In this document: in pieces, positions 20,385-30,332 of the stretch
How positions within the stretch are numbered: the first letter of the stretch is position 1
How the letters are laid out: every line of letters begins with the position of its first letter
DNA from: an uncultured delta proteobacterium
Lineage (GTDB): Bacteria > Desulfobacterota > Desulfobacteria > Desulfobacterales > UBA2156
Direction of reading: 5' to 3'
NCBI GenBank assembly: GCA_963736855.1
Contig: CAVTQK010000013.1
Location: forward strand, 32,001-96,000
Length of the DNA stretch: 64,000 nucleotides
Position numbers and translations under genes: made by a program
The notes under the pieces: model-generated
The model's database searches: none
Seen by the model: the letters and a program-made list of their open reading frames with translations, nothing else
Told to the model about the DNA's origin: nothing

Positions 20385-22340
20385 TCATCCTCCCCTTTCC
20401 GGTCCGTCTGTTAACCCCGCGACAAAACGCCCCGCCATGACGCCCCTCAAAAGGAGCGACGCTGCCCTTTGGGAGGTCCGGGGGGTCACCGCGGCCTGGA
20501 GGTCCTTCCAAGTCCCTCGCAGCGCGTTTACATCCACATAGGCCGCAACCACCCGGTGGGAGGCCAGGGCGGCCAGATCATTTTCCATTTCATCCCGGCA
20601 ATCCAGAAGTCGGAAGGCTGCGTCAGCCGCCTGCCTGCCGCGGATGCTGTTTCCCCACACCTCCTCCGGGAGGACGCCCGCAAGGGATCGACGCAGAAGC
20701 ATCCGTTCCCCGCCGTTGCGGTTATGCTGATCGTCTGGGACGCCGAGGCAGAAGGTGATAAGCCGAACATCCGCTGTAGGATCAAGCACTTCCATCCGGA
20801 AGGCAGTGCCAAAATGGTGATGGATATACCCCCCCGGGGCGTTCAACTCGATGGTCTGTCGACGTTCCCATGTAGGGGTCCGGGGGCGTGTAAAGGACGA
20901 ATCGTGACTCTCGGCTTCCATGATCTCCCGCAGCCCTATGCGCCTCGCAAAGTCCGGATGGATCGCACTATATTGCCTCCACGGCGGTTCCATGGGGCGC
21001 ATTAATCGTCGTCTCCAGTACCATAATTGGCCAAGGAGGGGACTCAGCAGATGCCTGCAAATAGCCCCGTACCATGAAAAGCCCTCTCTTTCCTTCAAGG
21101 CGCGAAGAGCCCGTAACCCTTCGTCCCAGCGACCCTGAACCAGAAGAAAGAATATCCGGTGCCGCCCACCGCTCCAGGAAACCCCGCCGTTTCCCATCTG
21201 CCCCGTCAGGAGAACCCCGAGCCCCTTCCGTTGAGCCTCGTCATGTATTGCCTGAATCCAGTACAGGTTAACCGCCGCATGGAGGGGATGACCGCATATG
21301 CGAAGACCGTCATGGATTGCCCTAAGAGGGGAGATGCGCTCGGCACGGACCGAGACATGTTCGATATTGTTATACTTTTTCGCCACGGTGTGGGCCAGGG
21401 ACCACTCGTCTGCCAGGGCGCCGGGAACCAGATGCGCCGCCTGATAGAGGGGAACGGATGTAAAGGCCGAGAGGGTTCGATCCTCGCTTTGAAGGGCCTC
21501 CGCAGCAAGGGCAGTGACGGAACTCGAATCGAGACCTGCGCTTAGCTGGGATCCGACAGGGCGGTTGGCTCTGAGGCGCACGCGGACGGCCCGCCGGAAA
21601 TGGTCGAGAAAGCCGTCGAGGTACTCTTCATCGGAGGCGAGACGGACGGCCGGGGCATCCTCCATGCGCCAGTATTTGCTTAGTTCCAGGGCCTGAGGTG
21701 TCACCGCCAGTTGATGGGCAGGCAAAAGCAGACGCACGTCTTCCCAGAAGGTGTGGGCCCGCTCAGCTTTCTCACCGGGGAAGATGGCGAGATAGCGGGC
21801 GAGCCGCCATTCGTCCAGGCTCCCAGAGAACCCCGGCAGGGCCAATATGGCTCGGGGGGTCGAGGCAAAGGCAAAAAAAGGGGGTTTGTGGCAATAAAAA
21901 AGCCCCGTATTGCCCAGATGATCCCGGGCAATGAAGAGGCGCCGCTCCCGCCCATTCCAGGCGGCAAAGGACCAGTCGCCGAACAGGTGCTCCGGAGAGT
22001 CTTCCCGCCAGCGGAGAAAGGCCAGAGCGACGAGGCGGCCATCGGCGACGGTGGGCCGCTCGGGCGTAGGGATGTGGAAAAGGCCGCAGAGTTCCTCCCT
22101 ATTATCGAGCCGGGTGGCAGCGGTGATGAGAATCCCCGAATCGAGGTCCTCCCAGGGCATCCTTTCATAACTGGCTTCCGGCGTGGCGGAGAGGTGGGTA
22201 TATCCCAGCATGGCGGACTTCCTGATCACGTTAACGACACCGTTAGGTCCCCAACTTGCCATAGCTTTCGTCATGGCCTGCACATACTCCGAGGGTACCG
22301 GCTTGCCGTCGAGACAAATCAATCCAAAAATGCCGCTCAT
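20385..22340 (-). CDS. Asparagine-synthetase-like protein, probable lasso cyclase (isopeptide-bond-forming) family
   Basis: Starts MSGIFG (Ser replaces catalytic Cys2); RLDNREEL, GDWSFAAW, ARDHLG, LSAGLDSS PP-loop, LLTGQMGN, R.LLRR....LPE. Confidence 0.85.
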   Translation of the reverse strand: MSGIFGLICLDGKPVPSEYVQAMTKAMASWGPNGVVNVIRKSAMLGYTHLSATPEASYERMPWEDLDSGILITAATRLDNREELCGLFHIPTPERPTVADGRLVALAFLRWREDSPEHLFGDWSFAAWNGRERRLFIARDHLGNTGLFYCHKPPFFAFASTPRAILALPGFSGSLDEWRLARYLAIFPGEKAERAHTFWEDVRLLLPAHQLAVTPQALELSKYWRMEDAPAVRLASDEEYLDGFLDHFRRAVRVRLRANRPVGSQLSAGLDSSSVTALAAEALQSEDRTLSAFTSVPLYQAAHLVPGALADEWSLAHTVAKKYNNIEHVSVRAERISPLRAIHDGLRICGHPLHAAVNLYWIQAIHDEAQRKGLGVLLTGQMGNGGVSWSGGRHRIFFLLVQGRWDEGLRALRALKEREGFSWYGAICRHLLSPLLGQLWYWRRRLMRPMEPPWRQYSAIHPDFARRIGLREIMEAESHDSSFTRPRTPTWERRQTIELNAPGGYIHHHFGTAFRMEVLDPTADVRLITFCLGVPDDQHNRNGGERMLLRRSLAGVLPEEVWGNSIRGRQAADAAFRLLDCRDEMENDLAALASHRVVAAYVDVNALRGTWKDLQAAVTPRTSQRAASLLLRGVMAGRFVAGLTDGPERGG

Positions 22341-22787
22341 AAAAATGCTCCCTATACTACACACTTTGCTTTAAATCTAGGCAATACTACATGCTGGAGT
22401 TCACGGCAACATTCTTCGAGGAAAATTTAGGAGGAAATGGTATCCAGTCCAAATCCAAAGGAGAGGCGCGTCCAAAAGGGGTTTTTCCCACTTCTTAAGT
22501 CTCCTTAAAGGCCTTTGCGAATCCCATGTAGAGAGGTAAATCAACATCGGTAGACTTCGAACCCCAGTAAAAAATGTAATAAAAATGAAAGTCCAAAGTT
22601 TCACGCATAATTTGTGTTAACTAGTTAATATCATTTAATAAACTATAACAGACCTGCTTAACGGCAATATAATATTACCGATTTTGCGCACTACCGATTT
22701 TAAAGAGTCGGTTGAGCAGGATCTCCCTTTTCTGACCCATCTTTTCTTGACTTACCGGGTCTGTTAGCTTAGAAAATAGATTTTTGC

Positions 22788-23333
22788 GTGGGAGTAATTG
22801 GGGGCAATGGTTTGACCATGGGCATATGTCGTTTTCACCATTTCCGGTTTTTTTGCGTACTGATCGCCTCTGTCTGGACTTGGGGGCCTTTATCGGCGCC
22901 ATCGGCCTTTGCCCAGAAAACGGTCAACCTTTATTTTATGGATCCTTCGGACACCCACCTGACTGCTGAAACACGTCAGATCCCCGAAATAGAAAGGATT
23001 GAACAGTCGGCCCGTGCCATCCTGGAGGCGCTCTTGACAGGCCCCCGACAAGGTCTTGTCCGCGCCATCCCTGAAGGCCTCTCGTTGCGGACACTCTTTT
23101 TGACCGAAGAAAAAATTGCCTATGTGGATTTTCAAAAGAACCCGGATTCCCACATGGAAAGAGGCGTTTTATCAGAATGGCTGGCTGTTTATTCCATTGT
23201 CAACTCCCTGGTTCTCAATATACCGGAAATCGAGTCGGTTCAAATCCTCATTGACGGCCATGAGGTGACAACCTTTTCAGGACATATCGATCTGACCGGT
23301 CCATTCAAAGCGAACATGCTGTTGGTCCGATGA
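22788..23333 (+). CDS. GerMN domain protein
   Basis: LYF...L.AE.R, LL.GP, AYVDF, YSIVNSL..., VQILIDG....T..GH motifs. Confidence 0.85.
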   Translation: MGVIGGNGLTMGICRFHHFRFFCVLIASVWTWGPLSAPSAFAQKTVNLYFMDPSDTHLTAETRQIPEIERIEQSARAILEALLTGPRQGLVRAIPEGLSLRTLFLTEEKIAYVDFQKNPDSHMERGVLSEWLAVYSIVNSLVLNIPEIESVQILIDGHEVTTFSGHIDLTGPFKANMLLVR

Positions 23334-25372
23334 AAAAAACAAGCAACATTAGCCGAATCCGAAATATCGGGATCATCGCCCACATCGATGCAGGAAAGAC
23401 CACCGTCACCGAACGGATTCTCTTTTATACCGGTCGTTCCCACAAAATGGGGGAGGTCCACGACGGCGAGGCCATCATGGACTGGATGCCCGATGAGCAG
23501 GAGCGCGGGATCACCATCACCTCTGCTGTGACCACCTGCCAGTGGAAGGACGCCGACATCCATATCATCGATACGCCGGGACACGTCGATTTCACCATCG
23601 AGGTCGAGCGCTCCCTCAGGGTTTTAGACGGGGCGGTGGGTGTTTTCTGCGCCGTTGGAGGTGTTGAACCCCAGTCGGAGACAGTCTGGCGCCAGGCCGA
23701 TAAATACCGGGTCCCCAAAATCGCTTTTGTGAATAAGCTGGACAGGATCGGTGCGGATTTCTTCGGAACCGTCGAACAGATGAAGCAAAAACTGCACGCC
23801 GATCCCCTTGTCCTTCAGCTCCCCCTGGGTGTCGAGGAAAACTTCCGAGGTGTTATCGATCTTGTGCACATGAAACAGATCGTCTGGGACGACGACTCTT
23901 TAGGTGCGTCCTTTACCGCCGATGAAATATCGGACAACGACAAAGAATCGGCGCAACTTTACAGAGAAAACATGATAGAGAAGTTGGCCGAAATCGATGA
24001 CACCCTCATGGAAGCCTATTTATCGGATGCGCCCAGCGATTCCATTTCCACGGAACAGATTCTTTCCGCCATCCGGAAAGCGACGGTGAATCTGAAGCTT
24101 ACGCCGGTTTTATGCGGCAGCGCACTACGGAACAAAGGGATCCAGCCGCTGCTGGATGCCATCGTCTCCTTTCTCCCGAGTCCCATGGATATCCCGGCCG
24201 TCAAAGGGGTGCACCCGGAAACCGGAGAAACCGTTACGTTTCCTCCCGACGATAAAGCACCCTTAAGCGCCCTCATCTTCAAAGTCTCCATCATGGAGGG
24301 GAGAAAACTCTCCTTTGTCCGGGTCTACAGCGGAAAACTCGTCGCGGGACGGGAGATTTTCAACCCCGGGCGCCGCGTCAAGGAAAAGCCTGCGCGGATC
24401 CTGATGATGCATGCCAACAAGAAGGAACGGATCGAGGAGGCGGGAGCGGGAAACATCGTAGGCGTCGTGGGCCTGAAAGACTCGTCAACCGGGGAAACGC
24501 TGTGTACCTCGGAGCACCCGGTTCTTTTGGAAAGAATGGAATTTTATGAACCGGTGATTTCCGTGGCCGTGGAACCCAAAACCCATTCGGACCAGGAACG
24601 TCTCGACCAGATCCTCGATAAGTTCTTGACGGAGGATCCCACGTTGCGGGTTCATAAGGATGAAGAGACCGGGCAGACCCTTCTTTCCGGGATGGGGGAA
24701 CTCCATCTTGAAATCATCATCAGCCGGATGGAACGCGAGTTCAACACCCAGGTCAATGTGGGAAAACCCCAGGTCGTATATCGGGAGAGCATCGAATCTA
24801 TTATCGAAGGATCAGCCGTTTTTGATAAGGAATTCGGGGGGCAGCGCCATTTTGGTGAGGTTCGGCTCAAATTGAAACCCTTGCCCAGAGGTTCGGGGAA
24901 CCGTTTCATGGCAGATGTCTCTGAAGAGGCGATCCCCGCAATCTACATTCCGGTCATCGAAAAGGCGGTGATGGAATCGTTTCTCAGCGGCGTTCTGATG
25001 GGGTATCCGGTGGTCGACGTGGAAGCCATACTCATCGGAGGTTCCCAAAAAGAATCCTTGGGATCGGATCTGGCTTACACCGTCAGTGCTTCCATGGCCT
25101 GCAAGGAGGCCCTCTCAAGAGGCAATCCCTTCCTCCTGGAACCCATCATGTCTGTAGAGGTGCTTGTACCCGAAGGATTTACAGGAGATGTCATCGGAGA
25201 TTTAAACGCCAGGAACGGGAAAATTGAGGCCATTCGACCCAAGACCGGATACCAGGCCATCCGGGCCATCGTCCCGCTGGCGCACATGTTCGGCTATTCT
25301 ACGTCTCTGCGTTCAGCCACCCAGGGCCGAGGGACCTTCACCATGCATTTTTCTCATTTCGATCGATGCTGA
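23330..25372 (+). CDS. fusA: Elongation factor G (stand-alone paralogue)
   Basis: [44 protein letters not shown] motifs. Confidence 0.95.
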   Translation: MKKTSNISRIRNIGIIAHIDAGKTTVTERILFYTGRSHKMGEVHDGEAIMDWMPDEQERGITITSAVTTCQWKDADIHIIDTPGHVDFTIEVERSLRVLDGAVGVFCAVGGVEPQSETVWRQADKYRVPKIAFVNKLDRIGADFFGTVEQMKQKLHADPLVLQLPLGVEENFRGVIDLVHMKQIVWDDDSLGASFTADEISDNDKESAQLYRENMIEKLAEIDDTLMEAYLSDAPSDSISTEQILSAIRKATVNLKLTPVLCGSALRNKGIQPLLDAIVSFLPSPMDIPAVKGVHPETGETVTFPPDDKAPLSALIFKVSIMEGRKLSFVRVYSGKLVAGREIFNPGRRVKEKPARILMMHANKKERIEEAGAGNIVGVVGLKDSSTGETLCTSEHPVLLERMEFYEPVISVAVEPKTHSDQERLDQILDKFLTEDPTLRVHKDEETGQTLLSGMGELHLEIIISRMEREFNTQVNVGKPQVVYRESIESIIEGSAVFDKEFGGQRHFGEVRLKLKPLPRGSGNRFMADVSEEAIPAIYIPVIEKAVMESFLSGVLMGYPVVDVEAILIGGSQKESLGSDLAYTVSASMACKEALSRGNPFLLEPIMSVEVLVPEGFTGDVIGDLNARNGKIEAIRPKTGYQAIRAIVPLAHMFGYSTSLRSATQGRGTFTMHFSHFDRC

Positions 25373-25468
25373 AACTCTCAGAGATCGCCTCCCTTTAAGC
25401 ATTGACAAACCCCTTTCTTCGCTTCCTCTGTAATTTTTATCAAAATCTTGAATCGCTACCCAAAAATT

Positions 25469-25658
25469 GATGGCTTCGTAAAAAGCTTTTGCAAGCGAGA
25501 TTTGAGCATTTTCGGAAAAAGAGATGCGAACGGCTGAGCGTTAATAATTTCAAGCTGTTTGAGGCGCTTGCGCCGAGTTCTTGAAATTTAGAGAAGCCGT
25601 GAGCATCTCCAGAAAATGGTCACGAAGCGAGCAAAAATAGCTTTTTTACGATTTCATC
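25469..25658. mobile_element. 190-bp MITE with terminal inverted repeats and 6-bp target duplication
   Basis: GATGGCTTCGTAAAAAG ... CTTTTTTACGATTTCATC flanked by AAAATT on both sides (25463-25468, 25659-25664); near-identical inverted copy at 50438. Confidence 0.85.
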
Positions 25659-25802
25659 AAAATTAATCATCGACTCAACGGTTTTTATTAAACAGCCTTC
25701 TCGTCTTGATTCCAGAGAAATTTTTTGAGATTTAAAAGATGTAAGAAATTTTTACGGCAAAACTCAAAGAGAAATACCATTCAACTCGAAGGAGGTTAAA
25801 TC

Positions 25803-26171
25803 ATGGCTGAAAAGGAATTGGTTGTTATTGCATTGTCCTGCGGTACCAACGACACCAACCGGGCCACCCGGGCCATTCATCTGGCCACAATCGCCCACAA
25901 GGAAGGGAAAGATACCATTCTCTTTCTCCTGGATGAAGGGGTGTATCTGGCCAAAACCGGGATCATCACCCACGTGCGGGCGGCCACCGGCGATGTGGCC
26001 GATGACCTGTTGACCTATCTGCAAGCTCAGGAAGTACCGATTCTGGTATGCACGCCGTGCGCCAAAGCCCGGCAGATCAAACCGGAAGACCTGATCGAGG
26101 GAGCTCGGATGGCTTCCGCTGCGGAGTTCATCAACATGTCGTGTAAAGCCTGCGCGGTCATCAGTCTGTAG
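25803..26171 (+). CDS. DsrE/DsrF-like sulfur-relay family protein
   Basis: LFLLDEGV, VCTPCAKAR and DLIEGA motifs. Confidence 0.85.
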   Translation: MAEKELVVIALSCGTNDTNRATRAIHLATIAHKEGKDTILFLLDEGVYLAKTGIITHVRAATGDVADDLLTYLQAQEVPILVCTPCAKARQIKPEDLIEGARMASAAEFINMSCKACAVISL

Positions 26172-26182
26172 AAAGGGATGTC

Positions 26183-27409
26183 ATGGCCGAAAAGCGCGTA
26201 TTGGTTATCGGAAGCGGGGTGGCCGGGCTTTCCGCAGCATTGGATCTGGCCGCAGCGGGCATCACAGTGGACATCGTGGAGCAATATGAATTTGCCGGCG
26301 GACAGGGCATCCGGCTTTCATGCAAAGCCACAAAAGCCTGTGTGAAATGTGGGGCCTGCATGGTTGATGATCGACTGGGGAAAGTTTTAAGACATCCACG
26401 CATCCGTTTGATGACCGGATCCAGCGTCGAGGCAGCCGACCGAAACGGCCGATTTGCTTTTCAAATCCGTCACAAACCCGAGTTCATCGATCCATTAAAA
26501 TGCAATTCTTGCGGCATCTGTCTAAAAGAATGCCCCGCCGAAGGGGCAATCATTCAAGGAACCTCGGGGCATCACCGGCCCTTTTATGCCATTTTCGAGA
26601 AAACCTGCCTTTATCTGAAAGATAAGAGCTGCACCGCGTGCCGGGATGCCTGCCCAACTCGTGCCATCAACCTGGACGCCGTGAGACAAACGGAATCGAT
26701 ACGGGCCGATGCCGTGATCCTCGCCGCAGGATTTTCGACCCATCGTCCATACGAAAAACCCTATGGATACGGTATATCTCCCAATGTGGTGACCAACCAG
26801 GAACTGGAGACGATCCTCAAACGCCATGGGAAGGTGCTCCGGCCCTCCGACTATACCGAACCCGCCCGTATGGCCTTCATCCAATGCGTGGGGAGCCGGG
26901 ACGCCAAACTGGGCCATCTATGGTGCTCGACTTATTGCTGCGGATCGGCGTTGCGCCTGGCCCGCCTCATCGGTCACCGTCAGCCTCAAATCCAAACGAC
27001 CCTTTTTTACATCGACATTCAGACCTTCGGAAGGACTTTTGAAACCTATTACACGGAAACGAAAGAAAAACTCCGGATGATCCGATCGATTCCCGGAGAC
27101 ATCTACCCGTCCGAAAACAAAGGGTTGAAAATAACCTATCTGGACCCTTTAACCGCCGATACGCTCCAGGAGGATTTCGATCTGATTGTCCTGTCGGTAG
27201 CCATGATACCGCCGGCAGGGTTGGCTGATCTTTTGAAAATGTTTCATCTGGACCGGATCGCCGACGGTTTTCTGTCACCTGGCGAAGATATGGAGCGGGA
27301 AGGGATTTTTGCCGCCGGGGCGGTCACCGGACCGATGCCGCTTGCCGAGGCCGCAGCCGGCGGCTCCAAAGCAGCCTGGCAGGCCATTTGCTATTTGAAA
27401 ACGGCATAA
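26183..27409 (+). CDS. Heterodisulfide reductase subunit A-like flavoprotein with 4Fe-4S clusters
   Basis: VIGSGVAG FAD motif, ferredoxin CNSCGIC...CP and CTACRDACP, YGYG...VVT..ELE, FIQCVGSRD...WCSTYCC, FYIDIQ. Confidence 0.85.
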   Translation: MAEKRVLVIGSGVAGLSAALDLAAAGITVDIVEQYEFAGGQGIRLSCKATKACVKCGACMVDDRLGKVLRHPRIRLMTGSSVEAADRNGRFAFQIRHKPEFIDPLKCNSCGICLKECPAEGAIIQGTSGHHRPFYAIFEKTCLYLKDKSCTACRDACPTRAINLDAVRQTESIRADAVILAAGFSTHRPYEKPYGYGISPNVVTNQELETILKRHGKVLRPSDYTEPARMAFIQCVGSRDAKLGHLWCSTYCCGSALRLARLIGHRQPQIQTTLFYIDIQTFGRTFETYYTETKEKLRMIRSIPGDIYPSENKGLKITYLDPLTADTLQEDFDLIVLSVAMIPPAGLADLLKMFHLDRIADGFLSPGEDMEREGIFAAGAVTGPMPLAEAAAGGSKAAWQAICYLKTA

Positions 27410-27422
27410 GGATCACAAACCC

Positions 27423-29024
27423 ATGAATGCAAAAACACTCATCATCGGCGGCGGAGCATGCAGCCGAAACATGGCAAAAGAACTCATGCGGTCAGGGAGT
27501 TCGGTAGTAATCGCCGGTTTCAATTCATCGGATGCAGCCCCCTTGTCGATTCAATCGTCCCCTGACGCCGGGGATTTGTTGGAAATCATGGACGGGAGTC
27601 AAATCCGATCCTGCACCGGATCCGCCGGTCAATTCATAGTGGAATGGGTGGCCGATGGCCGCCGGATCCGCAGGGAAGTCCAGCACATCATCGTGGCCGA
27701 GGATACGGTCAGGCATGTCAACGGGTCCCTTTACGGGCTGAAGGAAGGCCCCCGGGTGGTTTCGATTTCGGGTTTTAAATCCCTCATGAGATCCTCTTCA
27801 GAGAAACCGTTCCTTCCCGGGTCGGCTTCCCGGGTCGCGTTTTTAACCGGCCTCTTCCATGAGAGTCTTCCACTCATGGCAGAAGAAATGATGCAGGCCG
27901 CGCTGGATTCGCAGCGGGACGCCGGAGTCCAGGCCTATATCTTCACCGGCAACCTCAAGGTCGCCGGAGACGGATTGGAGACGCTTTCCCGGAAAGCCAA
28001 GGAAACCGGGGTCATCTTTGTAAAATTCACCAACACGCCCCCGGAAATTACGCAAACCGAAGACGGATTCGTCACCTTGACTTACCTGGATGAAATTATT
28101 CGACAAAAGTGTATCCTTCGGCCGGATCTTACCGTTTTAGACGAAACCATCCTCCCTTCACCGAATCTGAGTGCCATCGCCGAAATGCTTCAGTTGGAAA
28201 CCGGACCGGATGGTTTTACACAAGCGGACAATGTTTATCGACTTCCCACAAGCACCAATCGAAAAGGCATCCGGGCCGTCGGTCCGGCCCGCGGCGTTTC
28301 CTCCCCTTCACTCACCGGTTCGGAAATCGCTCATACCACCTTATCCATCGCTTTCCCGGAAGAGATCGGTTCTGACACGGAAAGAAAAGCCCGCATCGAA
28401 ATTGAGCAATGCGTCCGTTGCCTGACCTGCTTCCGGATCTGCCCTTACCGAGCCGTGGAGCTATCCCCCCGCCCCGTCATTTCCACTACGGCATGTGAAG
28501 GGTGCGGCATTTGCGCAGCCGAGTGTCCCCGAGATGCGATTGTGCTCCCTGCTTTTCCATCGGATGACAAAGCCTTGTCGCTACCAAAAGACTCCACAGA
28601 CTCTTTAAGATCTTCCGGGTTCGTTCCCGACGTGACGATTTTTTGCTGCTTGCGGTCCTCAGTCCCCGCGCGCAACATGGCCTCGGCCATGGGCGGCGAT
28701 TGGCCGGGAAACCTTGCCTTTGTCGATGTGCCCTGTGCAGGTGCGGTCTCCCAATTCCATTTGTTGGAGGCACTCCGCAGGGGCGCCGACGGAGTGCTGG
28801 TGATCGGCTGTCACGGGGACAACTGTCATTCCAATCGCGGGACCCTTCTGGCACGAAATCGTTTGAGTTCCACCCAGGAAACCCTGACCGCTCTGGGATT
28901 GCCTGAAAAACGATTGGCATTTCAAAGCCTGGCCGCGAATATGGGCTTCGAATTTTCGCAAACCGTCTCCGGTTTTATCCGGGGGCTTGCACCACTGGGC
29001 CCCAGCCCTCTCAAAGCTTTATGA
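27423..29024 (+). CDS. HdrA-like fragment fused to 2x[4Fe-4S] ferredoxin and MvhD/FlpD domain
   Basis: IIGGG; CVRCLTC..ICP and CEGCGICAAECP; FCC...VPCAG...GADGVLVIGCH..NCH..G (MvhD). Confidence 0.85.
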   Translation: MNAKTLIIGGGACSRNMAKELMRSGSSVVIAGFNSSDAAPLSIQSSPDAGDLLEIMDGSQIRSCTGSAGQFIVEWVADGRRIRREVQHIIVAEDTVRHVNGSLYGLKEGPRVVSISGFKSLMRSSSEKPFLPGSASRVAFLTGLFHESLPLMAEEMMQAALDSQRDAGVQAYIFTGNLKVAGDGLETLSRKAKETGVIFVKFTNTPPEITQTEDGFVTLTYLDEIIRQKCILRPDLTVLDETILPSPNLSAIAEMLQLETGPDGFTQADNVYRLPTSTNRKGIRAVGPARGVSSPSLTGSEIAHTTLSIAFPEEIGSDTERKARIEIEQCVRCLTCFRICPYRAVELSPRPVISTTACEGCGICAAECPRDAIVLPAFPSDDKALSLPKDSTDSLRSSGFVPDVTIFCCLRSSVPARNMASAMGGDWPGNLAFVDVPCAGAVSQFHLLEALRRGADGVLVIGCHGDNCHSNRGTLLARNRLSSTQETLTALGLPEKRLAFQSLAANMGFEFSQTVSGFIRGLAPLGPSPLKAL

Positions 29025-29045
29025 AAATCAAGGAGACCTCCAACA

Positions 29046-30272
29046 ATGGAAAATGATGGGCTCGTCGCATTGAACACATTGGAGCATGGATGCTTTCGCT
29101 CCTGGCCGTTTCTACAGGATTACTGCCTGACTTGCGGAATCTGCGCATCCTCATGCCCTGCCTCCGGTATCGACGGGTTCGATCCAAGGAAGCTCGTGAG
29201 AATGACCTCTTTGGGCTTAGAAGAAACAATAGTATCGGCCCGATGGCCCTGGATCTGCACCATGTGCGGTAAATGCGCCAACGTCTGCCCCATGGATATC
29301 GACATCCCCGGTTTGGTCCGCAGAATCCGTTCGCTTCGGAATCGCGAAAAAGTTCCAGGCATCACTCACAAGGGACTGCAAGCGGCCCTGGAAACTGGGA
29401 ACAATCTCCGCCTTCCCAAAGACGACTATATTTTCATCCTGGAAGATGTCGGTGAAGAAATCGCTCAGGAGCCGGGATTCGAGAGCTTTACGGTTCCCAT
29501 CGACAAAAAAGGCGCAAGGATACTGACCACCATTCACAACAAGCTGGTCAACACCCATACGGAGGACCTGAAGCACTGGTGGAAGATCTTTCACGCCGCC
29601 GGTGAAGACTGGACAGTCCCTTCTGAGAACTGGGAAGGAACCAACTGGGGGTATTTCACCGGCGACGATGAGGCCATGAAAATAATGACCGGCCGCATTG
29701 CCGAAAACATGGAGCGGCTCGACATCGACACTCTCCTCTGGCCCGAGTGAGGGCATGCCTACTTAGCAACCCGGTCGGGGTTCGAAGCGCACTATCCGGA
29801 AGTCTTAAAAAAATACCATTTCGTTACCGTGTTCGATCTCCTCATCGAATACATCCGGGAAAAGAAAATCCGCCTGGACAAGTCCCGGTTCAAGGATCGC
29901 ACAGCCACCTATCACGACCCCTGCAACTACGGAAGACAGGCCCAGCGCCGCTTCGGGCATGGTTTTTTCGAAGAGCCGCGATGGATCTTAAGTCAATGTA
30001 TGGAAAACTGGCGGGATCTGTATCCTTGCCAAATGAACCAGATCTGCTGCGGAGGGGGCGGAGGCACGCTGACTACGGGATACAATGAGGAGCGGATCTT
30101 TTACGCCCGGCGCAAGTTCGATCAAATCCGGACATCCGGAGCCGATATGCTCGTGGTCCCCTGTCATAGCTGCCACGGCCAGTTCAACGCGGTAAAAAAA
30201 GACTACGGCATGGAAGACCTGGAAGTCAAATACCTCTGGGAGCTCGTGGCGGATTGTCTGGTTGTCGGATAG
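29046..30272 (+). CDS. HdrD/GlpC-like (Fe-S)-binding CCG-domain oxidoreductase, probable selenoprotein (U235)
   Basis: ORFs 29046..29750 and 29829..30272 are in the same frame, separated only by TGA at 29748. Read-through gives WPE-U-GHAY (ECGH motif), then TYHDPC, CCGGGGG and PCHSC. N-terminal CLTCGICASSCP and CTMCGKC...CP. Confidence 0.85.
29751..29791 (+). promoter_or_regulatory. Bacterial SECIS-like hairpin
   Basis: AACCC-GGTC-GGG(G)TT stem-loop with the apical GGUC loop starting 22 nt after the UGA; possible lower stem TGC..CTT/AAG.GCA. Confidence 0.7.
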
Positions 30273-30332
30273 GTGTTGGATTTGGATTGGTGGAGTTTTC
30301 TTTCCGACACCCAAAGCGCCTGTTCGAATCCT

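Noticed and set aside
20385..22340. Annotation as true asparagine synthetase AsnB
   Set aside because: Lacks the N-terminal catalytic Cys2 and sits with RRE, kinase and nucleotidyltransferase genes.
25469..25658. Repeats as a CRISPR array or RNA gene
   Set aside because: Copies are dispersed, carry terminal inverted repeats and target duplications, and show no repeat-spacer periodicity or cas genes.
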